DNA of 64,000 nucleotides. Origin: Ostrea edulis (lineage: Eukaryota). The position numbers were made by a program, and so were the translations under genes. Position 1 is the first letter of the stretch. Each line of letters begins with the position of its first letter. The notes below the pieces were generated by a model. That model saw only the letters and a program-made list of their open reading frames with translations. It had not been told where the DNA came from and did not search any database. The stretch is from positions 26,474,001 to 26,538,000 of the forward strand of contig NC_079167.1 of NCBI RefSeq assembly GCF_947568905.1, written 5' to 3'. Shown in pieces: positions 33,641 through 48,600 of this stretch.

Positions 33641-36600
33641 TCAGATTTGACATATCTTCTCGCAGTCGCGGCACACATCAGCTTGAAACTGGGAGACCTA
33701 TTCAAACAGAGAAATATACTGCCTTAAAACAGAATTAGAAGTACACTCACGGAGAAAGTATATACACTGCAATTACTACGATTATCATGCAAATAATTAA
33801 TAATATTCAGCATGCAACATATATTAAAAAAAAAGTTTTGTCCAAAAATATTTCCAAGGTTGGAAAAGATTGTCAAACATGCATTCCGTTTTCAGTTAAA
33901 GTTTTCTTGAAGAGCAAGGTTCGATAACTCCTATACCTTTAGTCGTGTTCCTGCTTGCTTCTTACGGAGTTTGTTATACCGAGCCCTACATACGTCACAA
34001 TCAACGCTATCCTCCATGTCAAAGCGAATAGTTCTTCTGCCAACAAGAACATTTCTCAAGAAACATTACCAGAAACAAACACGCAGTTAACACTGAACCA
34101 ACCCACATTTCAGAAGAAAATACCATTTTGATCATTGTATTGCTACATCTGATATTTCGGGTCTGGAGATTTGCAACTACGCATGACCAAATATGATTTT
34201 CCACGAAATAACAAGATGGTCCAGCGAACACCCAATTTTATTTAGTAACCACGAAGCTCTGTTTGACAACCCTTTCACCTTGCAGCTGTTACTTTGCAAA
34301 CTTTCACAACAAATTAAAACATTGAAACTTAATTCAAATTAAGGTTCCATCACCGATTACATTAATATGCATATCATTTTAGTATCGTATGCCCCGGCCG
34401 CATGATTAACTTTCAAACCTCTTCTTACTTTTCCCCAAATTTTTTCCATTATTCCACAACAGATTCAATGCGTTCCTTGCATCTTCCAAGAAAAGGAAAA
34501 CATTTTGTAAAGAAGCTATTTCACCATTTGCAAAATTACATTGATAAGCAATGCAGCAGCCGATTCATAGCTTTCCCTAGAATCTACAAACCTATGGGAC
34601 CTGGTTACATAGTGATAACTATATGGTCACTGTACGTCCAAAGCCATGTTGCTTGGTGTATTTTGCTATAAGAATATCTGCATATCTTCTCTCATCTTCA
34701 GATAACAATGGCGGAGTTCTACTGTTGGAAGAGAATATTGGTCATCCCGAATACAGGAATCAAGCACAGTGGAATTTCTTGGTTATATGTGTAGAGAATT
34801 AATTCAGCCTTCGAAACCATAATCCATCAACATATGGGATTAGATGTAGTTTTATAATTAGGTCTTTTTTATTCCTCGAAATTTGTTATACAAAATCGAT
34901 GAATCATTTAGACCATGGTTTCAAAAGCTCGATAGAGATGGATATGCAGTTCAAGGTTCGCGCGTATCACACAGAATCGCATTTGCTGTCGGTCAGAATT
35001 GACAAAGTACCAGAAATTGGACACTGGTATCCTGAATCCCTTCCCCAATACTTAAAAGAATTTGTTAAAACTTTCAACAAAGAATATTTCAACATGTGCA
35101 TGGAAATTTTTGTGAAGGAAACAAAAGTTATCAACTTTAAATACTGGTTAAACATAACAAAATAAATTGAGTGATTAGTCAACACATGCAAAATTCTGTG
35201 TAAATGCGATCAAACATTGAACAGCACAGCAGCGCAAGCACATGCAAATTAGTAGAAACTGGACATGTAAATGTCTTATATATGGGTTAACTGTTTATAT
35301 AAAAATGTGAAAACGACCCTTTCTTGACTGTCGTAAACGATAGAATACGGATTTTCAAACCAGGACGAAACATAACTGGTTTACGTATTTTGTCAAGAAA
35401 GCGTCGTTTAGGATGACTAATAATGGGGTGGCTAATGGGGAGTGAAGATATATATTCCAAATGTATAAACTACATAACGGTGATCTAAAATAACCAATGT
35501 TCACCTTTTAATAATAAGTATCATCTGAAATTAGCAAAGGATGAATGGAAAGGATAAATTTCACTTAACCCTACATTCATAGGATGGAAATGAAGATGAT
35601 GACATTCAATAGTACGTAAAACAATACCAACAATTAAATCAAAACACCTTACTAATTCATTATCATACTAAGTTTACCCTAACCATGCATAACGACAGTT
35701 ACTAAAATATTTCAAGAAACCAAATTACCTACTTCTATAACAGTTAGACTGAATCACCTTATCGTTAAATTTCCAACACCAACCTATAAGACCAATCTTT
35801 CTGCCAACCCCCAACGTATTAAGGAAACAGGAGAGGTCTACTTACAATGGCTGGTGTTGATATCGGATAGGAGTTACGGGTCTCCCTGGAGACGCATCGT
35901 CGTCAAAAATATCCCTGGAGGTGCGGAGAGACCCGCCTCGTTTGAGCCCTGAAGAATAAATTGGTTTGGTGGGGGATGAACACGTCTTGCTGCCGTCGAA
36001 AGGTTTGTATGTATGAGAGCCTATTTCTTTAGTGGGAGTCCTAGAAGGACTTCGAGTTGGAGATGCCGACTGAGAATAGAATGAACGTCGATGAGCGCTG
36101 TTGATACTTTCTTTAATACTAAGGTTGGTTTCGCTTTTGGCGTTTTTGAGAATGCTTCTGATGTTGGGATTATTTCGTTGTGGAGAGAAGCCGTAAGAGG
36201 ACCTTGTGGGTCCGTAGCTGGAAGACCGGTATGATGGAGCATAATCCTCTGTGTTATAGTAACGATTGCAGCTCTCCTGCTGCACTGCATATTCAAGAGC
36301 CTTGATGAACGTTTTGTCGCCGTTTCGACTCTGAAATTCCTTAGGATTTGATCTTTGATATTCTTCTTTGTAACGATTGTCAATCGGAGATTCCACAATA
36401 CACTCGATTGTCTCCTTTGTGTTGTCGTATCGGGAGTTTCTCGGAGACACGACATACGATCGCTGATGTCTAACTGCCTCATTAGAGTTCATTAAATACG
36501 GACTATACATTAATTGTCTTTTTGCCGGCTTCTCGTCAGTTAAATCTGTGTATTCCAGATCTCTTCCCTTAGGACTTTTGCATCGATTGGGACTTTTTGA

Positions 36601-39600
36601 TCTTAAAGTTGGGCTCTTTCGCATTTCTTTTTTTGGAGTTCGCTGAATATAATTATCCTGTTCATCATCATCTTCATCAAATCTACCTGCGGGTCTTTTG
36701 ATGAGGTATCTTTGAACTTCTAGATCATCGACTGAATCATCGTCTGCGTCTCCAAGAGATGAATTAAAGTTTGATTTATAAGATTGTGTTCTCCTGTGAG
36801 GGTAGATTTCATGCCGAGCTGAATTAGGTGGAGACATTTCGTCGTATCCACTTTCTCTTCCAACGGAAACGGGAGTGGATCTACCTGATGTGAAGGAACT
36901 AGGTTTGTGTAGAGTAGATGTGTAGGAATCATCATACAATCTCCGAGAACTACCTGCTGATTCAGAGCGGGACCTGTATGTTGGAGTTGATGTCATTTTA
37001 ATATCCGTTGGGATTTCTCGTCTTTGAGGTGTCCAGAAAGAATCTTTTGTAAATCCATTTGGCTGACTCTTGATAGAATACCCGTTGATAGAATCTCCAA
37101 AATCTTCTTCATCATCTTCTTCCTCCTCCTCATCATACAGACCATTTTCAATATATTTTCCAATGATTCCACTAACTTTTGATAACTGACCATGTTTCTG
37201 AAATTTTGATAGTTCCAAAAACAGCTGTTTTCTTTCTCTTCTGGCATCATCAAGTATATTTTTCAGATCAGTAATGATACTCTGTTGCTTTCCAGTGAGT
37301 TTCTTCTCCCTAGCCAAATCCTACAAAATGAAACAAGAATTCTAAAATTAAACCGTTACATACAACGCTGATGGAATAAAGGTTAGAATGGTGAAATAAC
37401 TGTCATATGAAAATAAATACTACCTTACCTCTTTTAATTCAGAGTTTTCTCTCTGTGTATTTGCTATAATGTTTTTAAAATTATCCCTTTCTTCAATCAC
37501 CGATTGAAGTGTAGGAATATCTTTCTTGGAGCTGCCAGCTAACAGGTTTCTCATTTGCTCTAGTTCTGCTTCCAAGTCATCAATGCTTGATTTGGATGCT
37601 TGTAGTTGCTTCTCATTCTCCCTAAGTCTCTCCTCTGTACTTTCGTTTCTTGTTTTCTCTTTTTCTAACTGTGTCCTCAGTTCCATGTTTTCTGCCTGGG
37701 ATCTTGAAAGATGTGCTCTACAGTCATTTAGTACATCATTAGTTTTTTCCATTTTTTCTGTCATTTCGACGTTTGAATTCTTGAGCTTAGCTTGTAAAAT
37801 GTCATTTTCTGTAATGGCAGTGGCAAGAGCTTGTTTCAGTTCTATGACATCTTGGTCGGACATGCGTGATTTGTTGGTTAGCTTCTTCCATTTTTCTATT
37901 TTCCTAGGATCATACCCAAGATTATCTGAGGAATCCATTCCCCATATTTCTTCTGATACTTTCCGAACTGGACTAGAATATCCTAAATTTATAGGCTGTC
38001 CTCTTCTAGTTGGAGCAAAGGTTAGGTTACCATCGGGTGCTTCATTGATAGATAAATCCTGCAGACTTCTTGATGTGTGAGAATCAGGTGTAAGCCTTTC
38101 TGGTGAAGTACTAGAGTGAAGTCTTGTTTCTGACTTTGATCTAGTTGGACTCAAGCCCTCTTCCTTCTTCTGCCTGAACATCCTCCCTCTTGTAAAATCT
38201 GGTGATCTGGAGGACCTACGAGGTGACCTTATAGGAGAAACCCGGGGTGATCTTGCTTCTGGGCTTTTTGCAATTTTGTCCTGAACTTGTTCAGAGAGTT
38301 GTTTTGTTAGTTTGTCAATATCTTCTAATTCTGTGTCGTCTGATAAATTTGACTTTTCTAAAACATCCATTTTCAGTTTTAAAAGTTCCAATTCTCGATT
38401 AAGCACTCTCACTAATCTTCTGTTTGGATCGGTGTCCCTGCTCTGCCTGCCTGGTGATGTCATGATTTCCACTTGAGTCCCTTCAGCAGGGGATTTGGCT
38501 CTTGGAGATTTATCTCCTTTCCCTGTGGTTCCCTCCAGAGTAGATCTAGGCAACCTTTCTAAACTTGATCTCGGTGACCTCTCTGAACTTGATCTCTGTG
38601 ACCTATCTAAGCTTGATCTTGGTGATCTTTCTAAACTAGACCTTGGGGACCTTTCCTGACTGAAATCTACTGATCTACTTAGCCTCTCTCTATGATATGC
38701 TCTATCAGGACTTGTTCTTTCTAAGCTTGGAGATTTAGATCGGCTTGATGACCTATCTTTTAGAATAGATTTTGGGAATGTCTCCTCCTCAAACCCAGAC
38801 CCTGGGGTTAATGATCGTGACCTGTATCCTGATGGCCTTTCAGGTGATCTTCTCTCCCTTTTTCTGTCCCTCCCTGTGACAAAATCCTTCTGCATCTTCT
38901 CTTTCAGAGGTTCCACTATATCAACTCGAGGAAATTTTCGTTGATCTCCTTCACTTTCACTACTAGTTGCCTTGCTATCTCTCATTGGTTTTGATAATTC
39001 TAAAAAATGAGGACTTCTTTCAAACCCATCACCCACAACCTCTAGTATCCCCCGTTTAGTTGTTGGTAAGCTTGAAACATTACTACTACTTTCTGGTTTG
39101 GAAATGGGAGTTGCATTAGGTGCAAAGGTTACTTTACTTTCTGTGTCTGGTATTCTTTGTTTAGTTTTTTGACTATCTGGTTCCATGGTTGGTGCAACAT
39201 CATCCACAGCATTTAAATCTAACAAGTTATGAAGACCTCTAGAAGAATGCTCTTGTGGTCTATTTGTTTCCTGATCATGGAAATTGGCCTCATGTCTGGC
39301 TTGGCGAAGAGCCTGAAGTAAAAACTGCATTTCAGGACTTGTGGCTCCCTGTCCAGGCATGATAAAAATGGGCATCCCTCTTCCTATCCCTGGATAGTAA
39401 TATGGAGGAGCTGTACCAAATGTCCCCTGATAGCCAGCTTCAGCACCAATATCTTCAATTTCTTCTTGAGATTTTGAATCACCTTCCTTCATACTAGATT
39501 TGTCTAAGTCACTGGAGGTAATAGACAAATTATCTACTTCTTGTTGTTCAAGAGATTTCCGAGCTTCTTCCATTTTCTGCCATTCTTGTTTTCTAATTTC

Positions 39601-42600
39601 AAACTTTTGTTTGGCCTCGGCCATAATAGACTCCGTAGTCCTGGCACGTTTCACAGTTCGAGACACTATATGAAGTGGCTCTTTAACATTGGTATCTCTC
39701 TTTGGTGTTGTTTCTCGAAATTCTTCTTTCAAAAAAGTTTCATCAACATTTATTTGCAAGACTTCATCCTTTTCGTCATTGTCTTTCGAATAAGTGTTTT
39801 CTTCATCTGCCTCCTCAAATGTTTTCTGTGGTGCACTTTCACTTGTTTCAACTTTCACTGTTGGTAGCTGGTCTTTCTTATCAGTAGTTAAAGACACAGA
39901 TCCTGACAAAACACTTATACTTTCTTCATCATCACCATCGTCTCCTTCAACAGGTAAATGCTCAGACACTTGTTCAGAAATAGTTTTGATGATCAGGCTC
40001 TCACCCTCGGGTGTAACATCAGGATCACCGGACTTTGCAGAACCATTGGAGGAGGAGAACCAATCAGAATTATCATCTGCTAGGTCGCCCACTGATGAAT
40101 GTTTGACCAAAGGTGATGTTGTTTTTCTTCTTTCAGGTGAACCTGCTACAGCACCTTTGGGGATGTCCTTGGTTGACTGCTAGAAGACAGAAAAACAAAA
40201 CAATGATACTAGATGTTTCATACAGCTAGACAGAAAATAAGTTCATATGTTCAGTTTCAGTGAAGATTTACCTTTTCCCTCTCTGAACTGTCTTGTCTAT
40301 AATCAACTCGATCAGTTGCAACCTGCAAACAAAATTTGGATAACAATGATATTAAACTGCAAAAATGCAGGTACACTATTCTATAATTTGCATTGATACT
40401 GGTATATTGAAGTATTTGGAAGTAATGAATGCTAAAAGAGGTTAGGAAAAATATACAAAACGTTACATTCCTGAAATATCTGGTATTAGATACAGACATA
40501 AATGAGAATCAAAATCCCAAACACATGCTATTTATTTGTTTAAACAAACACTAAAAGGCTATATATATAAGACTGAAAATCAACAAAACATTAATAAGCA
40601 TTAACACAATGACATTCTTCACCGTGTTATATTTGCTTAAACCAAAATATTGTTGAAATTGCGTAACATGGTTGAAAGCTCATGCGTGTGTTATACTGAT
40701 AATGCATGAAATTTGATTACACATTTTCAGACACAGATTTACTCACACACCAGGTGACAAGTCACTGTATTACAGGTAAAATAAAAAAGGTGTCATAAAA
40801 ACTTTGTCACCTTGATTTCTTTATGTCATGTAATCAAAAATAGAAAATTTCGTTACTGAATGACTTCAGTTTTGATCAGGCTTTTTTTTAAATGGTCTTA
40901 ATTTTCTTTTCATGGAGTAATGAATTGTACCTTTCTTTTCAGTAGGGAGATATAGATCATCAACGTGTGCTCATCTATATTGCTTTTAATCACATCTGCT
41001 GGGCTGGAAAAACGAGAAAAAGAAAGCACATTAATCACAATCACATACAAGAGGCCAGGTAGCAAATAAATAGTCTCTGCAGAAACAAGTCAAGACACAA
41101 ATTATACTCTACAGCAATGAGGTCGCCAAAATCCATTCATATTTTTAAATACATCAGTAAATTTTCCAATTTCTTTTCCATAGTACAAACATTTTGCATA
41201 ATATGGTGAAGCACTTTTTATGCCGTTGTTAAGTTAAACACATAATGGTCTATAAATTGTATAGAAGGTATCCCACGGGTAAATGTACATGATTGGATCT
41301 GTACATTGATGGCTTCCCTCATACAAAATAAGTAAAGGCATTATTCAAGCAACACAAAAAGATAGATTTAAGAATAAATAAGACCAAATGATAAAAAGTG
41401 CTCAGCCATCTTGCATAGAGATATTGGCTATTCAGCAAGATTGTTTAAACTGAACAGGCATACAAGAGTGTGTGTTGTCCGATGATCAATAACCGCTCAA
41501 CTATAAAAACAGGTTGATGATATAATCTCTGTTTTTTAATAAATAGTACATTGGAAACCCGATGATTTGCCAATTATGCCCGATGAAATAAAAATTTCTA
41601 GACACCAGGTTAACAGTGTCATATGAAGATCATGCATTCTTTCTATGCCGTTCTGTACTTCAACAATACTGGATTTTTCAGTTACATGTATAGGCCCAAC
41701 ATTTTGGACATTAGCACATTTGAGATAATACTTTAAATCTCATGTTAGTACCTCAGTCTTGTTCTATTGCTTTGATTTAAACAATTCGGTTTACACTGCG
41801 ATTAATTTGGTATAAGAATTCTCTCTTGTCAACACAAGTGGTCTTTAAAAGCCAATTTTACTATCACCACTTGCTGAGGGTCTGAAGTTGAACTCATTAG
41901 ATCATATAGAGGGAAAGAGGCAGTATTTGATGAAGTGCACTCCTGTAACCTTAAGTATCACACTGTCTAAAATGTGTTAAAATCTAATCTACTGTGTAAT
42001 CATTAGTTAAAATAGCATCTTAGATTATGCCACAATGACAACATCATACAGTTCTGGTTGTTATGCATTCGATATCTGCAAATGTTCTACCTGTATAATT
42101 ACCAGCATACGAAAACCTGTCGATAATCATAACCTGCGCAAATATGAACCTGCAGTCTAAAAAGCAAATGAAGTTTCTTTCACTTACACATAGACAACAG
42201 CAATGTGGTAAGGAATTCAGCACTTACTTTACGATGTCCTGACGAATGCCTAGCTGTTTCTCTAACACCTCCAACAAGGCTGCTAATTCTTTCTCCTTGT
42301 TCCTAGCCTGATATGGTAAATAAAGATGTTGATCAATTACATTAACTGTGTGTCAATCAATACTGGCCATTATCTGTCTATCAATAGACATGCTTAGGTC
42401 AGGTGTCTGGAAATCCTAGGGATATTGTGTTGGAGAAATTCGGAATTGAGATTTTAAGTCAAACTATAAATTACTTTCTTTGGAATATATATCGATTGCA
42501 TTACAGGATTCCTAAATTGAAAGGTCATGGGTTTGGGGATTTTAAAGGAATTTTAGAATACACAGGTATTTTGCTTGTGTATTTTGTACAAGAAATATAG

Positions 42601-45600
42601 ACCCTTATTCAAATATTGAATTTAAATGAAACATCTGAGTACATATATTCCAGCATTTACATTTCAACAAAAACTGTCAAGCTGTCTAAAAGTGAGTGAT
42701 TTTCTTCCAATAAAAGGGATTTGATTGGTACAATTCACTGTTACACATCACTACTTCCTTATTGCCCAAAATATACATGATTATATATTTTACTGAAGCA
42801 TCAGCAATAAAAAGTTTAAATATGAATGCCGTGGCTGGTACGTCTTCTCTATTTGTATTTAGGACCAAAGAAATAGACCCATTTCTAATCCTACTGACAA
42901 GTTCAGCATTCAAATATCTCTCATCAATATTCTTGCAATGAACAGCAAACAAAATATTTAACGTTAGAATATTGATCAATAGTACAAACATGGAGGTAAA
43001 GTGTCAACACTTATCAAAAGGGCTTCAGGGTATGGTAAATAAAAGTTCGCAGCATTACGAGGATAAGTTCAGGTGCATTTACTGTCCTTACCCAATACAC
43101 TAATAAATCATACCTATACATCTCTCAAACAAATATCAAAACTACCAATATCTTTATGGTTGTGTGAACCATAAATGTAAAGCAATATCAAATGATCTAG
43201 TAAATATTGTCATCAAAGACGAGTAGATATATATATAGTTATTGAAGACAAACGGCTCGCTCAAACAGAAATTTGGAAAATACAAGTACATGGAGATATC
43301 CTGGATATGTGTCTAGTGTATTCTGGTATTGATTCAGAAATGCTTACCTCTGGTTGTTCACCTCTGTTGGCAAATTTTTTCAAGAGTTGAATAAACCAAT
43401 CCCCTGTAGCACACAAACTGCAAAATTTAAGGGGGAAAAGCTTGCTTAAAGAATAACAAGGTACGAACACGAAACTGTGATAAGTGTGTTAACCTTTAGT
43501 GGAAAGGAAAAGGCAAACACTGATTGCAATACAGTTCATTCTGGCTAATCTAACTCTCAACTTGAAAATAAGATTGCTTTGATCAGGAACAATTTATTCA
43601 AGCAATGATGGGTGCCAACATAAGTGTATTGATTTTTTGTGTTTCCTTGCACATCTAGGGAAACTAACTTAAGCTTAAAAAGAACATATTCTTAGCAACT
43701 TTAGAAACCACCTAATTACTTTTTCACTCTCATCTCTTAAGAAAACAAGTCTTCAAGCTGGCCATACCATGTCCAAATGTCAAAACTATTTTTGACTATT
43801 TGCAACACCAATATATGAAGACAATTTGACTAGAAATAACCATGCAAGACCATGCTATATCTCACAAGTACAATATTAGTCGACAAGAAATTCTATAGAA
43901 AGAATGCACCTTTAACTGAAACTTTAATTAAGTACAAGACGGACTAATTAGAAATTTTTGCTGAGTTCTGAAGATTATGATAGTATTGGGTTTAACACCC
44001 TCCATAATCCTAGACTAATTCAACTCAACATTTCATAAGATTAAATTATTTAAAATACCTGCCAGGTTAAATGCTTAGGTGAGAGATAATGTAACACCCT
44101 GTACATGACAGTGTGATATCATATGTAACTAAGAAGCACTCGAAATTCAATATACCATTGTTGCAATGTCATTAGCAATACTCCTAGAACATAATTGAGG
44201 TTAATGCTGGAAACTTTAATTGATTTGAGCCCTATATTCTGAAGGGCTTGTGTTGTAACAATATCAAGAGAGTTTTCCAAGGAACCTATAATTACACTAT
44301 AATTTAGAATAGTAATTTTCATTCTCAATTTTCAAAAGAGGGAGTTTTATAAATAGGGCCAGATTTTGATGATTATTGGGGAGCTATCTCTGCAATTTAA
44401 AAGCATTAGCTCGAGGTAACGTCTGTCTATCAAATTTACACTCATAATTTCCACAACTGATAATGCTTGAGAAAATAGTGAGGAACTTGTGTTTTTTTGG
44501 TTGTGCCAAGTAGATAGCATATTTTTTCACAATGCTTTTTGTGGCTGCAACAATATCTTATTATTACGAACACCCCCCATAAATGTATTAGTAAAGCTAT
44601 TTCTATTTTATTGCTATCAAAACAATTTTGTAAGCCTTTGAAAACAATTCTTAAAATATGCTAAATAAAATGTAGATAAGCTACTTTAAACAGCTTTCGG
44701 TCTCCTGACAGTTTTTTTTTGTGTGTGTGTGTTTCTCTGGTTGTAAAAAAAGCCATAACTCAAAAGACTCCATTCAACTTAGTTCTTACAATTCATTCCG
44801 ACACTGAGAGAAGTTGTCACTTACACAGAGAACATAGAGAGACCGGTAATGGAGACAATAATTTTACTTACGGCCATTAAACGCTTACAGTTTAGAAAAG
44901 AGGAATCCTTCAGTGGATAAACGTTCTGAAGTACAAGTGGAGTGTGAATAATAGGCAAACATTATAGAAAAGTTTTGATCTTTCAAGAAAATATTTACAT
45001 CTAATACCTTTAAACTGAAAAAGCCAGAGTATTGTGTACAAACAGTTAAATATTTAAAGCTTGCATTAAACTGTTAAATGTACAGGCACTACCCGGCTAT
45101 ATGTTCATATTTTGATTCCACATAAAATAGAGTAAAAAACTTCCTACAATTAACGTTCACAGCACAAAATCTCTTCTGCTGGATCACTTCATATGTCATA
45201 TGTTGAATGCAAAACTCCTATGAAAGTACACCCTAATTAGATCAGGTCATCTATGTGAACAAGTTTGAACACATCTAGAAGTATTCAAATAAAGTAACTA
45301 TTGATTTCAAATCTATTCAATTTTATATAAAAGTGAGTATATCAGGCAATCAATGTCATTGTACAAGATGAATTCATTCCATTGCATAAGCAATGAATGA
45401 TAACATAATAAACTGCTCTGCTTTTAACGAAGTAAGAATGCCACACAAAAATTACACCAAAAAAATCTTGTATGTACCAAAGTTGTAAAAGCCCACATGC
45501 ATATCAAACCAATGGAAAGGGAAATGCGGTACTTTGTATGTATGTGAAAGGGAGGATCAAGATGCAAGATCTATGAATAGAACATGAATTTTGAACTTGT

Positions 45601-48600
45601 AACCCTGGTTTTATTTCTCCCCCTTAAATCTTCTGAAGTTATTCATTAACTAGACCTGTCCCAATGAAACTGTTACTAATATGGTAAACAAGGAATTTTT
45701 TACCTGCTTTAATTTTTACCTATCCATCCTCATCCTAAATGGGTAAAATTCAAAACTGGATTAATATAAATTTACTCATAACCAGTAATAGTACATAATT
45801 GGGGGCAAATATAAAATGAGAATGAGGAATCAAATTTCAATGTGTAGATCTATCAAAGCAAAAATTTCCCAGCATCAGGCAACCTCTGCAGGACTCATTC
45901 AAAGTGGGGCATATTCAAAATACAGCTCCTGTCAATGTCATTCTCATACAAAATTTCCACAATCCCTGCATTACAGAGTTTTAGATGAGACATTGATTGT
46001 AACCAACCTTGATTATGGCTGAATGACCTTGGGTAAAGTCATGACATGCCATCTGACCATAAGCAACTTTTGTGTCAAGTATGAGGTTTCATTGTTTCTC
46101 CATTATAATGTCATTGGCCAGATAAAAAATTCAAACTTTTTTATCACAATCAACCTTGACCTTGGCAAAATAACTGGCCAAAAGCAATGTCTATGTCAAG
46201 AATAAATTTCTTATGTTTCTCTAAAATTATGTCCAGACAAAAATGTTGAACTTTTTGTTATACCAGTGACCTTGAATTTGGCCAATGACCATGACTCAAA
46301 GTCAAGGGATTTCATCTGGCCATGAGCTACCGTATTCTTGTGCAAGAAAAAACTTGTAATTTCTCTCTGTAACAAAGTTATGGCATGGACAAAAATTCAA
46401 ACCTTTTGTTATGAGTAACCTTGACCTTGGCCAAATGACCTTGCATCAGGAACATGAGACACCATTTGGACATAAGCAAACTTTCAGCCAAATACAAGCT
46501 TCAAATGTCTTTCAAATACAAAGCTATGTCTTAGACAATGAAAATGAAGAATACTTATGAAGTAATTGAGATTAAAATCATTTGTTCACCTTCTAGCATA
46601 CACATGTATTAAAGACAGAAGAATAACATATAAATGTACCAGATTATATGTGCCATTTTTCTTATAAATCTTCATAAAGAAACAATAATACCCCGAAAAT
46701 GATTAACTGCAACCTTAAGTTTCTCAAATGACTATGTACATCAATATAAAGCAGTAACCTCCTAAAGCTAACAAAATATGTTCAATCTCTCTTTCACTCA
46801 ACACTCACTTGTGGGTCAGCGTGTTGCGAGAATCAAATTCTGTGGACAATTCCTTTTGGCACCACTCTAGCAGTTGCCTCTTAGCTGCTCCTGCATTTCT
46901 CTCTTGAGGAGGTTTTTCTGAAGAAAACCAGAAAACTGTTCCGTTAGGTCACAGACTCCATCAACAGCAGCACCACCTACAGCCTTAGTAAGACCTCCCC
47001 AACCCGATTGTGTTCCTAGACATGATTTATTGTTGACAATGAATGCATCCGTGGCACAAGTCTCCCAGTGTGGAATTAAGTCCGCGGATCACAACATTGT
47101 CCCACACACAATCAGAGTCTTATCGGCCGATCTTATCCTCCTTTATATTAGAATCAGAGAATGTAATCAATCCCAGATCATAGTAACATTTACCTTGGTA
47201 TATTTAGTAAACAAATATCCTTTGGAGGTCAATTTAGGATAAGGCATTAAGGGGAAAAAAAATTTCATTCAAAATTCCTTTAAGCTAGCTTTTGCAGATA
47301 CATGTAAATGCTGACCATCCTAAAAAGGAAAGTATTTTGATAATTAAAAATGGCTGTTAGTTTTACTGACCTGACAAAGTAAAAATGATTGCTTTATAGG
47401 TGAGTGTTTAAAAATCTGATGCACTTTGGCACCAACAATTTTCTCTCTTAATAAGCTTACCCAAGTGTAAACACACATATTGCACATACATGCACCAAAA
47501 GGGTGGCTCAATCTTGATTTCATTCTTTAGAGTTTAATAAAGAAAAACAAAACGTCATATCCTTTAAATTGACAAACAAAGCGACCCATTTTAAGTCCTA
47601 CAATGTCAATATTTTTTCAATAACACCAGAACCAAAAGCTAGGTCACTCTTTTATTAAATTTTGATCTTTTTCTTTGACAGGTGCTTATGGCGGTGATTG
47701 CTTGAAGTAGTCAAAGGTGTCCTACCATTATTGTCCAGAGGTTGAATCCTGATTAAAGCCACGAACACGCTCAGTGACTTTTACCGTACAAGGATATTGA
47801 ATAGTGTTTATACATATTTGTTTTACCAGAAAAAATAATAATGTGCCACCCTAGGGTAAAACAGAAAACCCTTTGAAATACGATTTGAATTAAAGTCTTC
47901 TCACAAAAGTAAGAAAAATATTTAAATCACTTATCTACTGATGTCCATAAATTCTAAAAACGTTGGAATAATATTTTGAGGCAGTTCAGGAGGGATGTAA
48001 AGTTTAGTGTCCTATATTGACTAAAATAAAATTGAGACACATTTAATAGAAATTTAGATATAGCTATATATTAATCAAAAGGACTCAAAATAATTTACAT
48101 ATAAACAGTTCTTATTGAATTCTCTGATAAGAAACTTAAAAAGCCTACCTGCACCAGACAAACATTCTACATCATAAAATAAAATCTTCAAAATATTGAA
48201 TCTCAGTTATGTATTCTACCAATCCTTTTAGTTGCAAATTAAAAATGTTGAACCACCCCCAATCAATCCTATGTAATCTTTTGAATATCATCATCAACAT
48301 CTAGTTCAGCCAAACTCACATAATGGTCTTTACACAAAATATGATCATCCCTCATCAATTTCTGAATTCACTGTATACCCAATGAATAAGCAAACTAACA
48401 TTATAAAGCTCTTAGACACTTGAACTTGTTGAGTTTTGTTTGCTCTTTGATATGGGAGTGCTTACCTATAGTATGTATTCCGTAATTGAGAATGGTCAAC
48501 CATAAAATATCCAGCATGGACTTAATGTCTCCATCAAGTATATCTGTAAAATAAAAAAAACAAACAGAAAATGAGAGGTTCCCGAAAAACTGTGGTGCTA

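Noticed and set aside
34899-35191. Short ORFs in the intron of gene G
   Set aside because: No recognisable domain, splice context or paralog.
44889-44925. 37-bp AG...GT segment (RLSTEGFLFSKL) as a gene G exon
   Set aside because: Starts in phase 1 while the upstream exon (46809) ends in phase 2; direct splicing 46809 to 43417 gives a better CH2 sequence.
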